In this document: positions 46,732 through 56,477 of the stretch, piece after piece
How the letters are laid out: each line of letters opens with the position of its first letter
How positions within the stretch are numbered: position 1 is the stretch's first letter
Assembly (NCBI GenBank): GCA_021323945.1
Contig: JAJPKA010000017.1
Location: forward strand, 31,990 to 95,989
DNA: 64,000 nucleotides
Source of the DNA: Pseudomonadota bacterium
GTDB taxonomy: Bacteria; Desulfobacterota; Binatia; Binatales; Binataceae
Direction of reading: 5' to 3'
The notes under the pieces: model-generated
The model's input: only the letters and a program-made list of their open reading frames with translations
What the model was told of the DNA's origin: nothing
Databases searched by the model: none
Program-made: the position numbers and the translations under genes

Positions 46732-48231
46732 ATGAACCATCCTCTGACCCTGATCACGTTTATACCCCTGATCGGAATGGCGCTGATCCTGGTATGTCCA
46801 CCGGCGTTCAAAGCTGGCTACAAATGGATCGCCGCGGCCACTACTTTGCCGCAGTTAATTATTGCTGGCTGGTTGGTCCATAACTTCAGTACCAACACTG
46901 CTGGTATTCAATTTGTCGAGCGCTATCCGTGGATACGTGCTTATCACATCTTTTACTTCATGGGTGTCGACGGCATCAGCATCTCGATGGTGCTGCTAAC
47001 TGCGATAATTTGCTTCATTTCGGTCTTCGCCAGTTTCAGTATTGAACACGGCGAAAAAGGTTATTACGCGCTGCTGATGCTGCTCGATACCGGAATGATG
47101 GGGGTGTTTGTCGCCCTGGATTTCTTCTTGTTTTACATCTTTTGGGAAGTGATGCTGCTGCCGATGTATTTTCTGATTGGGATCTGGGGCGGACCCCGTC
47201 GGGAGTATGCGGCCATAAAGTTCTTTCTTTATACACTACTCGGCTCGGTGCTGATCCTGTTAGTGATGCTGGGCCTGTACTATTACGGGGTAACCCCTAC
47301 CTTCGACATGACGCAACTAGCGGCCCAGTCGAGTAGCTACTCGATGACATTCCAGCGGATCTGCTGGGTCGCTCTTTTCATCGGCTTCGCTATCAAAATC
47401 CCGGCTTTCCCATTTCATACTTGGTTGCCTGACGCTCACGTCGAGGCCCCGACCGCTATCAGCGTGATTCTCGCCGGCGTTTTGTTGAAGATGGGGACCT
47501 ATGGAATACTGCGGGTGAACTACGCGATTCTGCCTGCCGCCAGTCACGAGCTGGCGTGGTTTTTTTTAGGCGTCATCGGAACCGTCAACATTGTCTATGG
47601 CGCAATGGTGGCGATGGCGCAGACCGACTATAAGAAGCTTGTGGCCTATTCGTCGATTAGTCATATGGGCTACGTGATGCTCGGCATGGCGTCGTTCACA
47701 GCAGCCGGAATTAACGGCGCGGTGCTGCAAATGTTCAATCATGGCACGATTACGGCGATGCTGTTTATTCTGGTCGGGGTGATCTATGACCGCGCCCACC
47801 ATCGCGAGATTAACGGTTTTGGTGGACTCGCACAGCAGATGCCGCTCTACACCGGGATAACCGGCCTCGCTTTCTTTGCCGCTTTAGGGTTGCCGGGGCT
47901 TTCGGCGTTTATCTCGGAAGTGCTGGTCTTGATTGGTGCGTGGCAGCGCCATCCGGTGATGACAGTATTCGGCGCCGGAACCGCGATCCTGACGGCGGCC
48001 TACCTGCTTTGGTGTTTCCAGCGAATCTATCTGGGACGTTTGGACGAAAAGTATGCAAGCTTGCCCGATCTCAGCTTGCGCGAAGGTTTTACGCTGGTGC
48101 CGCTCGCAGTCATAGTGATCGTGCTTGGTTGGTATCCCCATGCGATTTTGGGTTTGCTGCAGACTTCATTAAACCATCTTAACCGAGTAGTGCTCGCTGC
48201 CACGCCTGCCCAAGCGGTTGCCTTGCACTAG
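46732..48231 (+). CDS. nuoM: Complex I subunit M
   Basis: 499 aa. FYIFWEVMLLPMYFLIGIWGG, KIPAFPFHTWLPDAHVEAPTAISVILAGVLLKMG. Confidence 0.95.
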   Translation: MNHPLTLITFIPLIGMALILVCPPAFKAGYKWIAAATTLPQLIIAGWLVHNFSTNTAGIQFVERYPWIRAYHIFYFMGVDGISISMVLLTAIICFISVFASFSIEHGEKGYYALLMLLDTGMMGVFVALDFFLFYIFWEVMLLPMYFLIGIWGGPRREYAAIKFFLYTLLGSVLILLVMLGLYYYGVTPTFDMTQLAAQSSSYSMTFQRICWVALFIGFAIKIPAFPFHTWLPDAHVEAPTAISVILAGVLLKMGTYGILRVNYAILPAASHELAWFFLGVIGTVNIVYGAMVAMAQTDYKKLVAYSSISHMGYVMLGMASFTAAGINGAVLQMFNHGTITAMLFILVGVIYDRAHHREINGFGGLAQQMPLYTGITGLAFFAALGLPGLSAFISEVLVLIGAWQRHPVMTVFGAGTAILTAAYLLWCFQRIYLGRLDEKYASLPDLSLREGFTLVPLAVIVIVLGWYPHAILGLLQTSLNHLNRVVLAATPAQAVALH

Positions 48232-48285
48232 CCCGATGCCGTAAATGTCTGCGGTCAATTCACTGCCGGGCGAGCAATTCTCGGG

Positions 48286-49782
48286 ATGCCTATGGAACTA
48301 GGAAATCTGGCGAGCCTCCAAGCCTTTTATCCCGAGTTACTGTTGACAGCAGCGACCCTGGTCATCGTACTCATCGATCTTTTGACCTCTGACAAGTCAT
48401 GGCTGGGCGAGGTAGCGCTCATCTCGACCAGCGGTGCACTGCTTTTAATTGGTGTCGGACCGCTCGATGGGGGCGCATGGCTCTTCAGGCGCATGCTGGT
48501 CTACGACTCCTTCAGCATCTTCTTCCGAGCCTTGATCGCGCTGGCAGCCCTGGTGGCGGTGTGGATGTCAATTGGTTCGCAGGAGGTGCGTCGGTGCGAG
48601 CAGGGTGAATACTATTCTATTCTTCTCGCTAGCGCCCTGGGGATGCTCCTGATGACCGAGTCGGCCAACCTCTTAATGGCGTATTTATCGCTTGAATTTG
48701 TCAGTCTAACGTCTTACGTGCTGACCGGAATACTGCGGCATAACCGCCGGTCACAGGAGGCTGCGCTCAAGTATTTGATTTACGGCGGAGTTGCTTCCGG
48801 AACGATGATCTATGGAATGAGTTGGATCTTCGGGATGGCAGGCTCGCTGGATTTCATGGCCATCAATCGCGCTTTGTTTGCGACATCGCATATACCGGTG
48901 CTGGCCGTATTTATTGCGCTGGTCCTAATCCTGAGCGGATTGGGCTACAAGGTGGCCTCTGTTCCCTTCCATATGTGGGCCCCTGACGTCTACGAAGGTG
49001 CACCTATTCCGATAACGACGTTTCTCGCGGTCGGTTCAAAAGCTGCCGGATTCGCCTTGATGACGCGTTTTTTCTATCCGGCAATTTCACATCTGGGCCC
49101 CGATGGGAACTGGCAGCCACTTAACCAAGTCGCCTGGCCACAGCTGCTGCTGGTCGTCTGCATTATAACGATGACCTTGGGCAATCTGGCTGCGTTGCAA
49201 CAGCAAAATATGAAGCGAATGCTTGCCTATTCGAGCATTGCGCAGGCTGGGTACGCGTTGATGGGGTTTGTTCTGCTTTCCAACGACGGGCTCATCGCAA
49301 TGCTAGTCTATTTGTTCGCCTACTACGTGATGGACGCCGGCGCCTTTCTCGTAGTAATGATTGTGGCTAATCTGACTGGCAGTGAAGATATCAGTGCCTA
49401 CAGAGGGCTGGCCTGGCGTCGTGGCGGTGCGCTATTGGCGATCAGCTTGACTATTTTTCTTTTGTCATTGACCGGCATACCGGCGACAATAGGGTTTATT
49501 GGCAAGTTCTACGTCTTTGCGGCGGCAATCCGTGAGCGATTTTACATTCTTGCCGTCATTGGAATACTCAATTCCGTAGTTTCCCTCTACTATTACATGC
49601 GGCCGGTTAAGGCGATGTTTTTGGAACAGCCGGTCGACTCTGTCAGTGCGGTCACAGTCGAATATTGGAACTATGGACTGATGGGGGTGCTGGCGCTGGC
49701 AACCATCTTTCTGGGATTGTATCCGCCGCCTATTATCAGTTTCGCGTCAAACTCTTTGCGTTTCTTCATCAGCTCATCCTGA
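48286..49782 (+). CDS. nuoN: Complex I subunit N
   Basis: 498 aa. YKVASVPFHMWAPDVYEGAPIPITTFLAVGSKAAGF, and MLAYSSIAQAGY. Confidence 0.95.
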   Translation: MPMELGNLASLQAFYPELLLTAATLVIVLIDLLTSDKSWLGEVALISTSGALLLIGVGPLDGGAWLFRRMLVYDSFSIFFRALIALAALVAVWMSIGSQEVRRCEQGEYYSILLASALGMLLMTESANLLMAYLSLEFVSLTSYVLTGILRHNRRSQEAALKYLIYGGVASGTMIYGMSWIFGMAGSLDFMAINRALFATSHIPVLAVFIALVLILSGLGYKVASVPFHMWAPDVYEGAPIPITTFLAVGSKAAGFALMTRFFYPAISHLGPDGNWQPLNQVAWPQLLLVVCIITMTLGNLAALQQQNMKRMLAYSSIAQAGYALMGFVLLSNDGLIAMLVYLFAYYVMDAGAFLVVMIVANLTGSEDISAYRGLAWRRGGALLAISLTIFLLSLTGIPATIGFIGKFYVFAAAIRERFYILAVIGILNSVVSLYYYMRPVKAMFLEQPVDSVSAVTVEYWNYGLMGVLALATIFLGLYPPPIISFASNSLRFFISSS

Positions 49783-49805
49783 AGGATCTTCGGGCCAAGG
49801 CGAAG

Positions 49806-50969
49806 ATGATGGAAAGGACCGGGCGCCAGCTCGAGACAAAATTGATTCACGCCGGTGAACCGTCCCCACTGATCGAAGGCGCAGTGAGCATGCCGATTTT
49901 CCAGTCGGCCACTTTCGAATACCGCGGGGAGCAGGACTATCACAGCCTTCGCTACATTCGCCTCAACAACACGCCAAACCATGATGCATTGCACCAAAAG
50001 CTCGCTGCGATCGAGAATGCCGAGGCCGCTTTGGTGACCTCGAGCGGTATGGCCGCAATTGCCACCACATTGCTAGCGCTGCTCGGAGCCGGGGATCATT
50101 TGTTGGCACAGAACTGCCTCTATGGCGGGACATACGGCTTGCTAGTAAATGACTTCCCTCTGCTCGGCATCGGGGTCGATTTCATCGACGGCAATAGACC
50201 CTCAGACTGGCAACCGAGGTTAAAGCCTCGAACGAGAGTCATCTATGTCGAAACGATCGCAAACCCGCTAATTGAAATCGCTGATCTGAAGGCGGTGGTC
50301 GAATTCGCCAAAACCCATCATCTGATTAGCGTTATCGACAACACCTTTGCGAGCCCGGTGAATTTCCGCCCGAGCGAATGGGGGTTCGACCTGTCTTTGC
50401 ATAGCTGTACCAAGTATCTTAACGGCCACTCGGACATTGTTGCGGGGGCTGTGATCGGGCGTGCTTCCCTGATCGAAAAGATTAATCGCAAGCTGGCTCA
50501 TCTGGGCGGCGCACTCGATCCACACGCCTGTTTCCTGCTGCAGCGCGGCTTGAAAACCCTCGCGGTTCGCGTGCGCCATCAAAACCAGACGGCGCTCAAG
50601 ATCGCTCGCTTTCTCGAAGCGCACCCCGCGATCGAGGCCATTAACTATCTGGGGCTCGAAAGGCACCCTAACCACGCACGCGCCCGAGAGCTCTTTGATG
50701 GCTTTGGCGGAATGCTGAGCTTCGAGCTCCGTGGGGGTGTCAAAGAGGCGGAGGAGTTTATTGCGCGCCTGTCATTACCAATTTCAGCTCCGAGCCTGGG
50801 GGGTGTCGAAAGCCTCATTACCAGGCCGGCGGCCACCTCGCACGCGGGCCTGAGCGCGGCCGAACGACTGCGCGCACGAATCGCCGACCGCCTCATTCGA
50901 CTCTCCGTCGGACTCGAATCCGCTGATGATCTCATCGAAGATCTCGACAGAGCGCTTGAGCAGGGCTGA
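49806..50969 (+). CDS. Cys/Met-metabolism PLP-dependent enzyme (cystathionine gamma-synthase/lyase or beta-lyase family)
   Basis: TKLIHAGE, SSGMAAI, DNTFASP, and HSCTKYLNGHSD (PLP lysine), SLGGVESL. ATG at 49806 lies 23 nt after the nuoN stop. The track ORF is over-extended into nuoN. Confidence 0.85.
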   Translation: MMERTGRQLETKLIHAGEPSPLIEGAVSMPIFQSATFEYRGEQDYHSLRYIRLNNTPNHDALHQKLAAIENAEAALVTSSGMAAIATTLLALLGAGDHLLAQNCLYGGTYGLLVNDFPLLGIGVDFIDGNRPSDWQPRLKPRTRVIYVETIANPLIEIADLKAVVEFAKTHHLISVIDNTFASPVNFRPSEWGFDLSLHSCTKYLNGHSDIVAGAVIGRASLIEKINRKLAHLGGALDPHACFLLQRGLKTLAVRVRHQNQTALKIARFLEAHPAIEAINYLGLERHPNHARARELFDGFGGMLSFELRGGVKEAEEFIARLSLPISAPSLGGVESLITRPAATSHAGLSAAERLRARIADRLIRLSVGLESADDLIEDLDRALEQG

Positions 50970-51117
50970 GCCGTTTAACGGCGCAGCACAACCGAGCGAG
51001 ATCGGCCACAATGGCACGGCGCTGTCCCAGGTTGCGACATCGCCGACGAATTAGTCATCGAAAGCTGACGTTCGCGCGGCACCGCGCTTGCTGACAGCCG
51101 GTCATTAGAGCGCCAAT

Positions 51118-51423
51118 ATGAAAACGTTCATTGCCCGTGTAGATCCCGACCTGTCTGACCTGATCCCGACCTTCCTTGAGCGAAAACGAAGGGACGCCCG
51201 AGCAATCCTATCCGGCGTTACGGTCGAACCAATCGATTTTGAGACGGTGTCGAGAATCGCCCACAATCTCAAGGGCGAAGGGGGCAGCTACGGCCTCGAT
51301 GTCGTTAGTCTCTACGGCGCCGCGATCGAGGCTGCCGCCCGCCAGCACGATGTGGAAGCGATTCGCGGCTACGCGAACGAACTCTCGGCCTATCTCGATT
51401 CGGTCGAAATCAAATACGAGTGA
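51118..51423 (+). CDS. Stand-alone histidine phosphotransfer (Hpt) domain protein
   Basis: 101-aa helical protein with AHNLKGEGGSYGL (HxxKG phospho-His motif). Confidence 0.7.
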   Translation: MKTFIARVDPDLSDLIPTFLERKRRDARAILSGVTVEPIDFETVSRIAHNLKGEGGSYGLDVVSLYGAAIEAAARQHDVEAIRGYANELSAYLDSVEIKYE

Positions 51424-51624
51424 CGGAACAGGCCAAAGGCGGTCTCCCAGACTAAGGTTCGCAAAAGTTGCTAACGGTTGTCCGGCGTCGAGACAGCCTC
51501 CTTCCCTCCCTCTCACTAAGCCCCGCGCAGCGTACTCCATTGCGCAGGTAGCCGGCCGAGTGCCCAAACGAAAACGCATTGGCTCGAAGATTGTTCCGCT
51601 TACTTACCCCTGCATTGGACCTGT

Positions 51625-53481
51625 TCAGAATTTAGTGTACCAGGGCTCGACGTGCGGGTTCTGCACCTGAAAATTGATGTTGAAGACATTCATCAGCGTC
51701 CCTTCCGCGTGCCAAAGAGCGAGCCGGGCGTTTTCCAGTCCGACATCGGCCTGCACCTCGTTTCCTTGGGCTGTCACCAACTCCGCCTGGTATTGCAGCA
51801 GGTCGTGCGTAGTCGCCATGCCGACGCGAAATTCGAGCTCCTCATCGTGGAGTGACTGCTCCGCGTAGTAGGTCGCATTTCGGGTAGCTTCCACCTGTTT
51901 TTCAAAGGCATGGAGATTGGCAATTGCGCTCTCGACTTGTACGACCGCTTGTGACAAGGCTTCGCGATACTGCATTCGAGCCTGTTCGTAGGCAATTCTT
52001 GCCTGAGCCAGCGCGGCCTTTGCCGCCGCGTTGTCCAACGGCATCTCAAACGACAGCACTGCGGCGTAGTTATAGAAGCGTGCGTCGAGCAGACGGTTTA
52101 GCGCGTCTCCATAAATCCCCCCGAACGGCAGCTTGATACCCGGCTGCTCGGCGATTGTGCAGTTACTTGGCCCGGGTCGAAAGTTGGCGATGCAATGGCT
52201 GGTGCCGGCGACTGCCGTAACGCCAAATTGAGTGCCAAGATTCAACTCTGGCAAGGTCTGGTTCTCGGCGTACTTAACCTGTAGCAACGCCGTGCGAATC
52301 GCCTCGCGCAATCCACCCAAAGCCGGGCTATACTCGACCATCTTTTCGAGCGCCGTTTCTTCGGTATCGTTGATGACGAAGTTAGGGTTGGGAGCCTCCG
52401 CAGGCTCGACGTCCTCCGGCACGAAGGTACCCGCCGGATTGAGCATGACGTCCTGTCGCAGTTGCGCCCGCGCCGTTTTAAGTGCTGCTTCCGCCGCATA
52501 GACATTCGCCTCGGCGGTTGCTGCGGCTGACTGCGCTTCCTGCAAATCGATCGGTGCCAACGTGCCGACTTGCAAACTGACCCGATTGACACGCACCAAG
52601 TCGTTGTTGAATTTCAGCGCTGCTTCCGCCACCCGCAGATTCTCCTGCGCCTGGACCACCGCCCAATAGTCATTGCCGATGCGTTGAATAAAGTCATTCA
52701 GCGAAGCGCCGTAGTTCCATTGCGCACTTCTCTGCGCCGATTCGGCAAGAGTTACGTTGAGGGTCGCAAACTTCCACCCAAAATTACGCAGCAATGGCTG
52801 GGCAATCGAGGCTTCGAGGAGCGGAGTATAGACGGGATTGACCGAAGAGAAAGTTGAATTGCTCAGCGTCCGATTGTTGTCAAAAGTGATTCCAAGAGTG
52901 CCGTTTGTATACGCCGAGACCTTGTTGATGGCGAAATTCCAATCGTACATTTTTTGGGTAAAAGCCTCGCTGTTCACCACCTGAAACGGCGATGACACTG
53001 GCACCACCGACTTGGTGACATCCAACTGTGAGGTCAAGTCCGGATCGAAAGCGGCGTTGGCGAGTTTGACGCTCTCCTCGGCGGCAATCGGGTCGAGTTG
53101 GACTGCAATCAGCCCGGGATTATTGCGGATGGCGATATAAATCGCCTCTTTCAGAGTCAACTTCCGTGCCAAATTGTCCTGGGTGCGTAGGTAACGCTCG
53201 CTGATGAGAGATTCCGGCGGGATCTCATGAGTGAGTGACCATTGCCGGGCGAAGACCTCAGGCAGCGAAAGCACAGGGTTCTGTTCGAAACGCGAGGTGG
53301 CTTGAGCGGAAATATTCACTTGCGGGCGCAGGGCTGGCGGCAACACCGTGGGCGCAGTCTGATTGCTTAGTGACGGCGCCTGAATGCCGCTAGTTCCGTA
53401 CTGACTCGAGGATCTGTACTGAGCCCACGCCGATGGGGTTCCGATCACCAACGCAAGTAATAGCCAAACGCTCCAGATCAT
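51625..53481 (-). CDS. TolC-family outer membrane channel protein (large, 618 aa)
   Basis: Signal peptide (LLLALVIGTPSAWAQ). Two long repeats of the coiled-coil and beta-barrel pattern are typical of the outer membrane efflux protein family (LTLKEAIYIAIRNNP..., repeated A/Q/L-rich helices). Confidence 0.8.
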   Translation of the reverse strand: MIWSVWLLLALVIGTPSAWAQYRSSSQYGTSGIQAPSLSNQTAPTVLPPALRPQVNISAQATSRFEQNPVLSLPEVFARQWSLTHEIPPESLISERYLRTQDNLARKLTLKEAIYIAIRNNPGLIAVQLDPIAAEESVKLANAAFDPDLTSQLDVTKSVVPVSSPFQVVNSEAFTQKMYDWNFAINKVSAYTNGTLGITFDNNRTLSNSTFSSVNPVYTPLLEASIAQPLLRNFGWKFATLNVTLAESAQRSAQWNYGASLNDFIQRIGNDYWAVVQAQENLRVAEAALKFNNDLVRVNRVSLQVGTLAPIDLQEAQSAAATAEANVYAAEAALKTARAQLRQDVMLNPAGTFVPEDVEPAEAPNPNFVINDTEETALEKMVEYSPALGGLREAIRTALLQVKYAENQTLPELNLGTQFGVTAVAGTSHCIANFRPGPSNCTIAEQPGIKLPFGGIYGDALNRLLDARFYNYAAVLSFEMPLDNAAAKAALAQARIAYEQARMQYREALSQAVVQVESAIANLHAFEKQVEATRNATYYAEQSLHDEELEFRVGMATTHDLLQYQAELVTAQGNEVQADVGLENARLALWHAEGTLMNVFNINFQVQNPHVEPWYTKF

Positions 53482-53812
53482 TGAACGACCTCCTTCTCTC
53501 CGACCTCTTCGTGAGGTAGGATTCGTCCCGGATTGTCGAGCGATGTCGTGGCGGGGTTACAAGCACAACGGGCTTGTCGTCGGCAGAGGTTGAGCAACTC
53601 GCAAATACCACCGCTTCCCGCTTCGGCTCGGCAGCCGTACCACGGTTTTGGAAATCGGCCCCAAGTCGTTTTCGGGAAGTCACAGGCTTAATACCTGTGC
53701 CACACACCGAGCGTTACACTTGAAACGTAGCAACCGGGGGATTATAGCCAATGATTCCGCTTGGCTTCTACTCGCAAGCGCCGAATCGCGCAACGGCCGA
53801 GCAGGTAGCTGA

Positions 53813-54361
53813 ATGCGTGTAACAAAAACGATTACCATCTTTTTCCTACTGCTGCTGGCGGCGGATTTGATCGCTGCGGTTACGCTCTGGCCACTGTGGG
53901 CACAACTGCCACCGAGTAACCCGAACCTTGGTCCGGCTGCGACTCCCAGCGCCCCTCCGCAGTTGTCGCAACCCGCCGCGACTATCGGCATTCCCCCCTT
54001 GGCGACAATTCCAACCCCGGCTGTGCCGACTCCATCTCCCACCGCACGAGCCTTCAGTTGCTCGTGCTTCGGGCGAGCAAGTGGGACGAGTTGGATAGGA
54101 TCGGTGAGCGCATCAGGATATTTCACGGCACGTCAGGCGGCTACCAGAGCTTGTCTTTCTGCAAATCAACTAAAGCACGTTCCGTCGCCATTCATTTCGC
54201 CCAGCCTGGTCGGCGGAGCCGCCATTGCCCAGAACGGAACGGCGGTTCTGCCAGGGGCTACTTTGCCCGCCGATGCAGCAGCGGCTCAAGTGCTGCCGGG
54301 CACGCTGAGTTTTTCGACTCCACAGGAATTGCAGATGTGCTCACAATGTACTTGCAACTAA
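53813..54361 (+). CDS. Hypothetical secreted or membrane-anchored protein with a Pro-rich linker and a Cys-containing C-terminal domain
   Basis: N-terminal hydrophobic segment ITIFFLLLLAADLIAAVTLW, then a P/A/T-rich stretch, then a domain of about 100 aa with 7 Cys that ends QMCSQCTCN. No family recognised. Confidence 0.5.
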   Translation: MRVTKTITIFFLLLLAADLIAAVTLWPLWAQLPPSNPNLGPAATPSAPPQLSQPAATIGIPPLATIPTPAVPTPSPTARAFSCSCFGRASGTSWIGSVSASGYFTARQAATRACLSANQLKHVPSPFISPSLVGGAAIAQNGTAVLPGATLPADAAAAQVLPGTLSFSTPQELQMCSQCTCN

Positions 54362-54370
54362 AGCAGGACA

Positions 54371-55021
54371 ATGATTAGCGACATCGAAGGTGGCGGCCTG
54401 GATTCAGCCGCTAGCGGCAAGTTCATTATGGTGCGGCATGGTGAGAGCGAAGGCAATCGCGATCGCCGTTTCACCATTTCGTCCGAAGTGGGCCTCACCG
54501 AGCTAGGTGTGCGCCAGGCACACCAGGTGGCCCAACGAATCGGACAACTTTTCAGTCCTACAGTGGTTATCTCTAGTCCCTTTCGCCGGGCTCGTCAGAC
54601 CAGCGAAATTATCGCACGCTACCTCAATCTCCCAATCGAAACGGTATACGATTTGCACGAGCGTGACCTCGGGTGCTTGAAGGGGCATTCGTACGATGAC
54701 CTACGTGCTCTCGTTTCCAAGGATCCCTCGTACGATCCCGCGCGCGGCTGGTGCTGGAAACCCGCTGGTGGGGAAAGTTATGAGGACGTGCGTGTAAGAG
54801 TCATCGCTGCCATCGAGCAGCTACTGCACCGCTATCCTCGCGAAGAGATTGTTATTGTCAGCCACGGCGGCGTAATGCTTTCAGTCTGGGCGCATATCAC
54901 TGGGCAGTGGCACGGCGCACATCTCCCACCAAATTGCGGTATTGTGCTGATTGAGCATGATGGCCGCCGGATGAGGCTTCCGAAAATCGTCCTCGGACAA
55001 GAAGAGGGCGAGCTAGGCTAG
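54371..55021 (+). CDS. Histidine phosphatase family protein (phosphoglycerate mutase-like)
   Basis: FIMVRHGESEGN (RHG catalytic motif), SSPFRRARQT and VSHGGV. Confidence 0.85.
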   Translation: MISDIEGGGLDSAASGKFIMVRHGESEGNRDRRFTISSEVGLTELGVRQAHQVAQRIGQLFSPTVVISSPFRRARQTSEIIARYLNLPIETVYDLHERDLGCLKGHSYDDLRALVSKDPSYDPARGWCWKPAGGESYEDVRVRVIAAIEQLLHRYPREEIVIVSHGGVMLSVWAHITGQWHGAHLPPNCGIVLIEHDGRRMRLPKIVLGQEEGELG

Positions 55022-55117
55022 CTGCTGTTGACGTGCCGTTGTCGGGATTATCCTCCAGAGCAGCGAGAAGACCTCTGAGTGCTTGCGGGCCGCGCCGTGC
55101 CTCAGGACCGCACTGAT

Positions 55118-56350
55118 TTAAACACCAATCACAAAAACGCAACTCGTGGTAGCGCTGCCGCCCAGGTTAAGCATCGCGAAGCGCTTCGCGCCCCGTACCT
55201 GGTAATCACCCGCCGAATCCGTCACCTGTCTGTAGCAGTCGAGCATCTGGCGCACCCCAGTAGCACCTACAGGATGACCGACCCCGATGAGTCCGCCGCT
55301 AGGATTAATCGGCATCTTACCGCCAATTTCGATCACGCCCTCTTCGATAGCCCGCCATGACTCGCCCGGCTTGGTTATGCCGAAATGGTCGATCGCCATG
55401 TACTCCGAGGTCGTGAAACAGTCATGTGTTTCGATCCCGTCGAGGTCCCACACGGAGTTGATCCGGGCGCGTTCAAACGCGTCAAGAATGGCGCGCCGAG
55501 TTTGCGGCAAAACGTAAAGATCATTTTGGCTTTCGGCGATCTTTTTGTCGAATTCGATATAAGCTGTGCGATGGCCCCAGCCAAGGATGCGCGGTACGCG
55601 CTCCAGCTTTAAGCCCCGCAATTGGGCGTAGCTAGCGGCGTATTTCTCCGAAGCGAGCAACAGCACGGCACAACCATCAGTCACTTGGGAGCAGTCGCCG
55701 ACCCTGATCCGTCCGGCAAGCACCTGGTCGAATTTGCTGCGCTGCCGGGGGTCAGCTTCGACCGACGGCCAAGTGCGTGTCTGGGCGAGGGGATTGCGCC
55801 GCGCATTGGCGTAATTGATTTGCGAGATGCGGGTCAAATATTCGGCCCTAAGACCGAAGCGCCGATCGTATTCGTCACCGAGCCGGCCGAACAGCCGGGG
55901 AAATGGGTAATCCTTTCCCTTGCACTCGCGTTCATACCACGCCGCTGTCCCGAGGAAATCGCCCCCCGTCGCAGTATCCACGGTCTTCATCTGCTCCAAT
56001 CCAATCACCGCAGCAACGTCGTAGCGACCAGCTTCAATCTCTGCCGCTGCCGCCATGATTGCGATTGAGCCCGAAGCGCAAGCAGCCTCGTGGCGGCTGG
56101 TGGGCAAACCGCGGAAATCCGGCGCGGCCTCGAGAAAAAACGCACCGAGCTGACCTTGATGGGCGTAGAGCTCGCCTGCGAAATTGCCGACGTGGGCGCT
56201 CTGAATTGCACTGGGCTCAAGCTTTGAATTCTCCAGCGCGGCCATCACGGTTTCTCGCATAACTTCGGAAAAATGCTTGCCTTCTTTTTGCCAGTTGCGG
56301 GCGAAATCACTCTGAGCCCCGCCCAGGATAAAGACAGATGTCCGATTCAT
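55118..56350 (-). CDS. Thiolase-family protein (SCP-x / lipid-transfer-type thiolase)
   Basis: 410 aa. EAACASGS (active-site Cys region), and C-terminal NPSGGLIGVGHPVGATG and NLGGS. Confidence 0.8.
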   Translation of the reverse strand: MNRTSVFILGGAQSDFARNWQKEGKHFSEVMRETVMAALENSKLEPSAIQSAHVGNFAGELYAHQGQLGAFFLEAAPDFRGLPTSRHEAACASGSIAIMAAAAEIEAGRYDVAAVIGLEQMKTVDTATGGDFLGTAAWYERECKGKDYPFPRLFGRLGDEYDRRFGLRAEYLTRISQINYANARRNPLAQTRTWPSVEADPRQRSKFDQVLAGRIRVGDCSQVTDGCAVLLLASEKYAASYAQLRGLKLERVPRILGWGHRTAYIEFDKKIAESQNDLYVLPQTRRAILDAFERARINSVWDLDGIETHDCFTTSEYMAIDHFGITKPGESWRAIEEGVIEIGGKMPINPSGGLIGVGHPVGATGVRQMLDCYRQVTDSAGDYQVRGAKRFAMLNLGGSATTSCVFVIGV

Positions 56351-56477
56351 TTTGCAGCCTCCACTTCAGCTTGCTTGTCCGCTGACCCTATCAGCTGCCT
56401 CACGCTGTTAATCGGCGAGGCTACGCTGGAGTCCATTATGTTGATGGCCCTCGCCAGTCTTCAGGGAAATTCGATTT

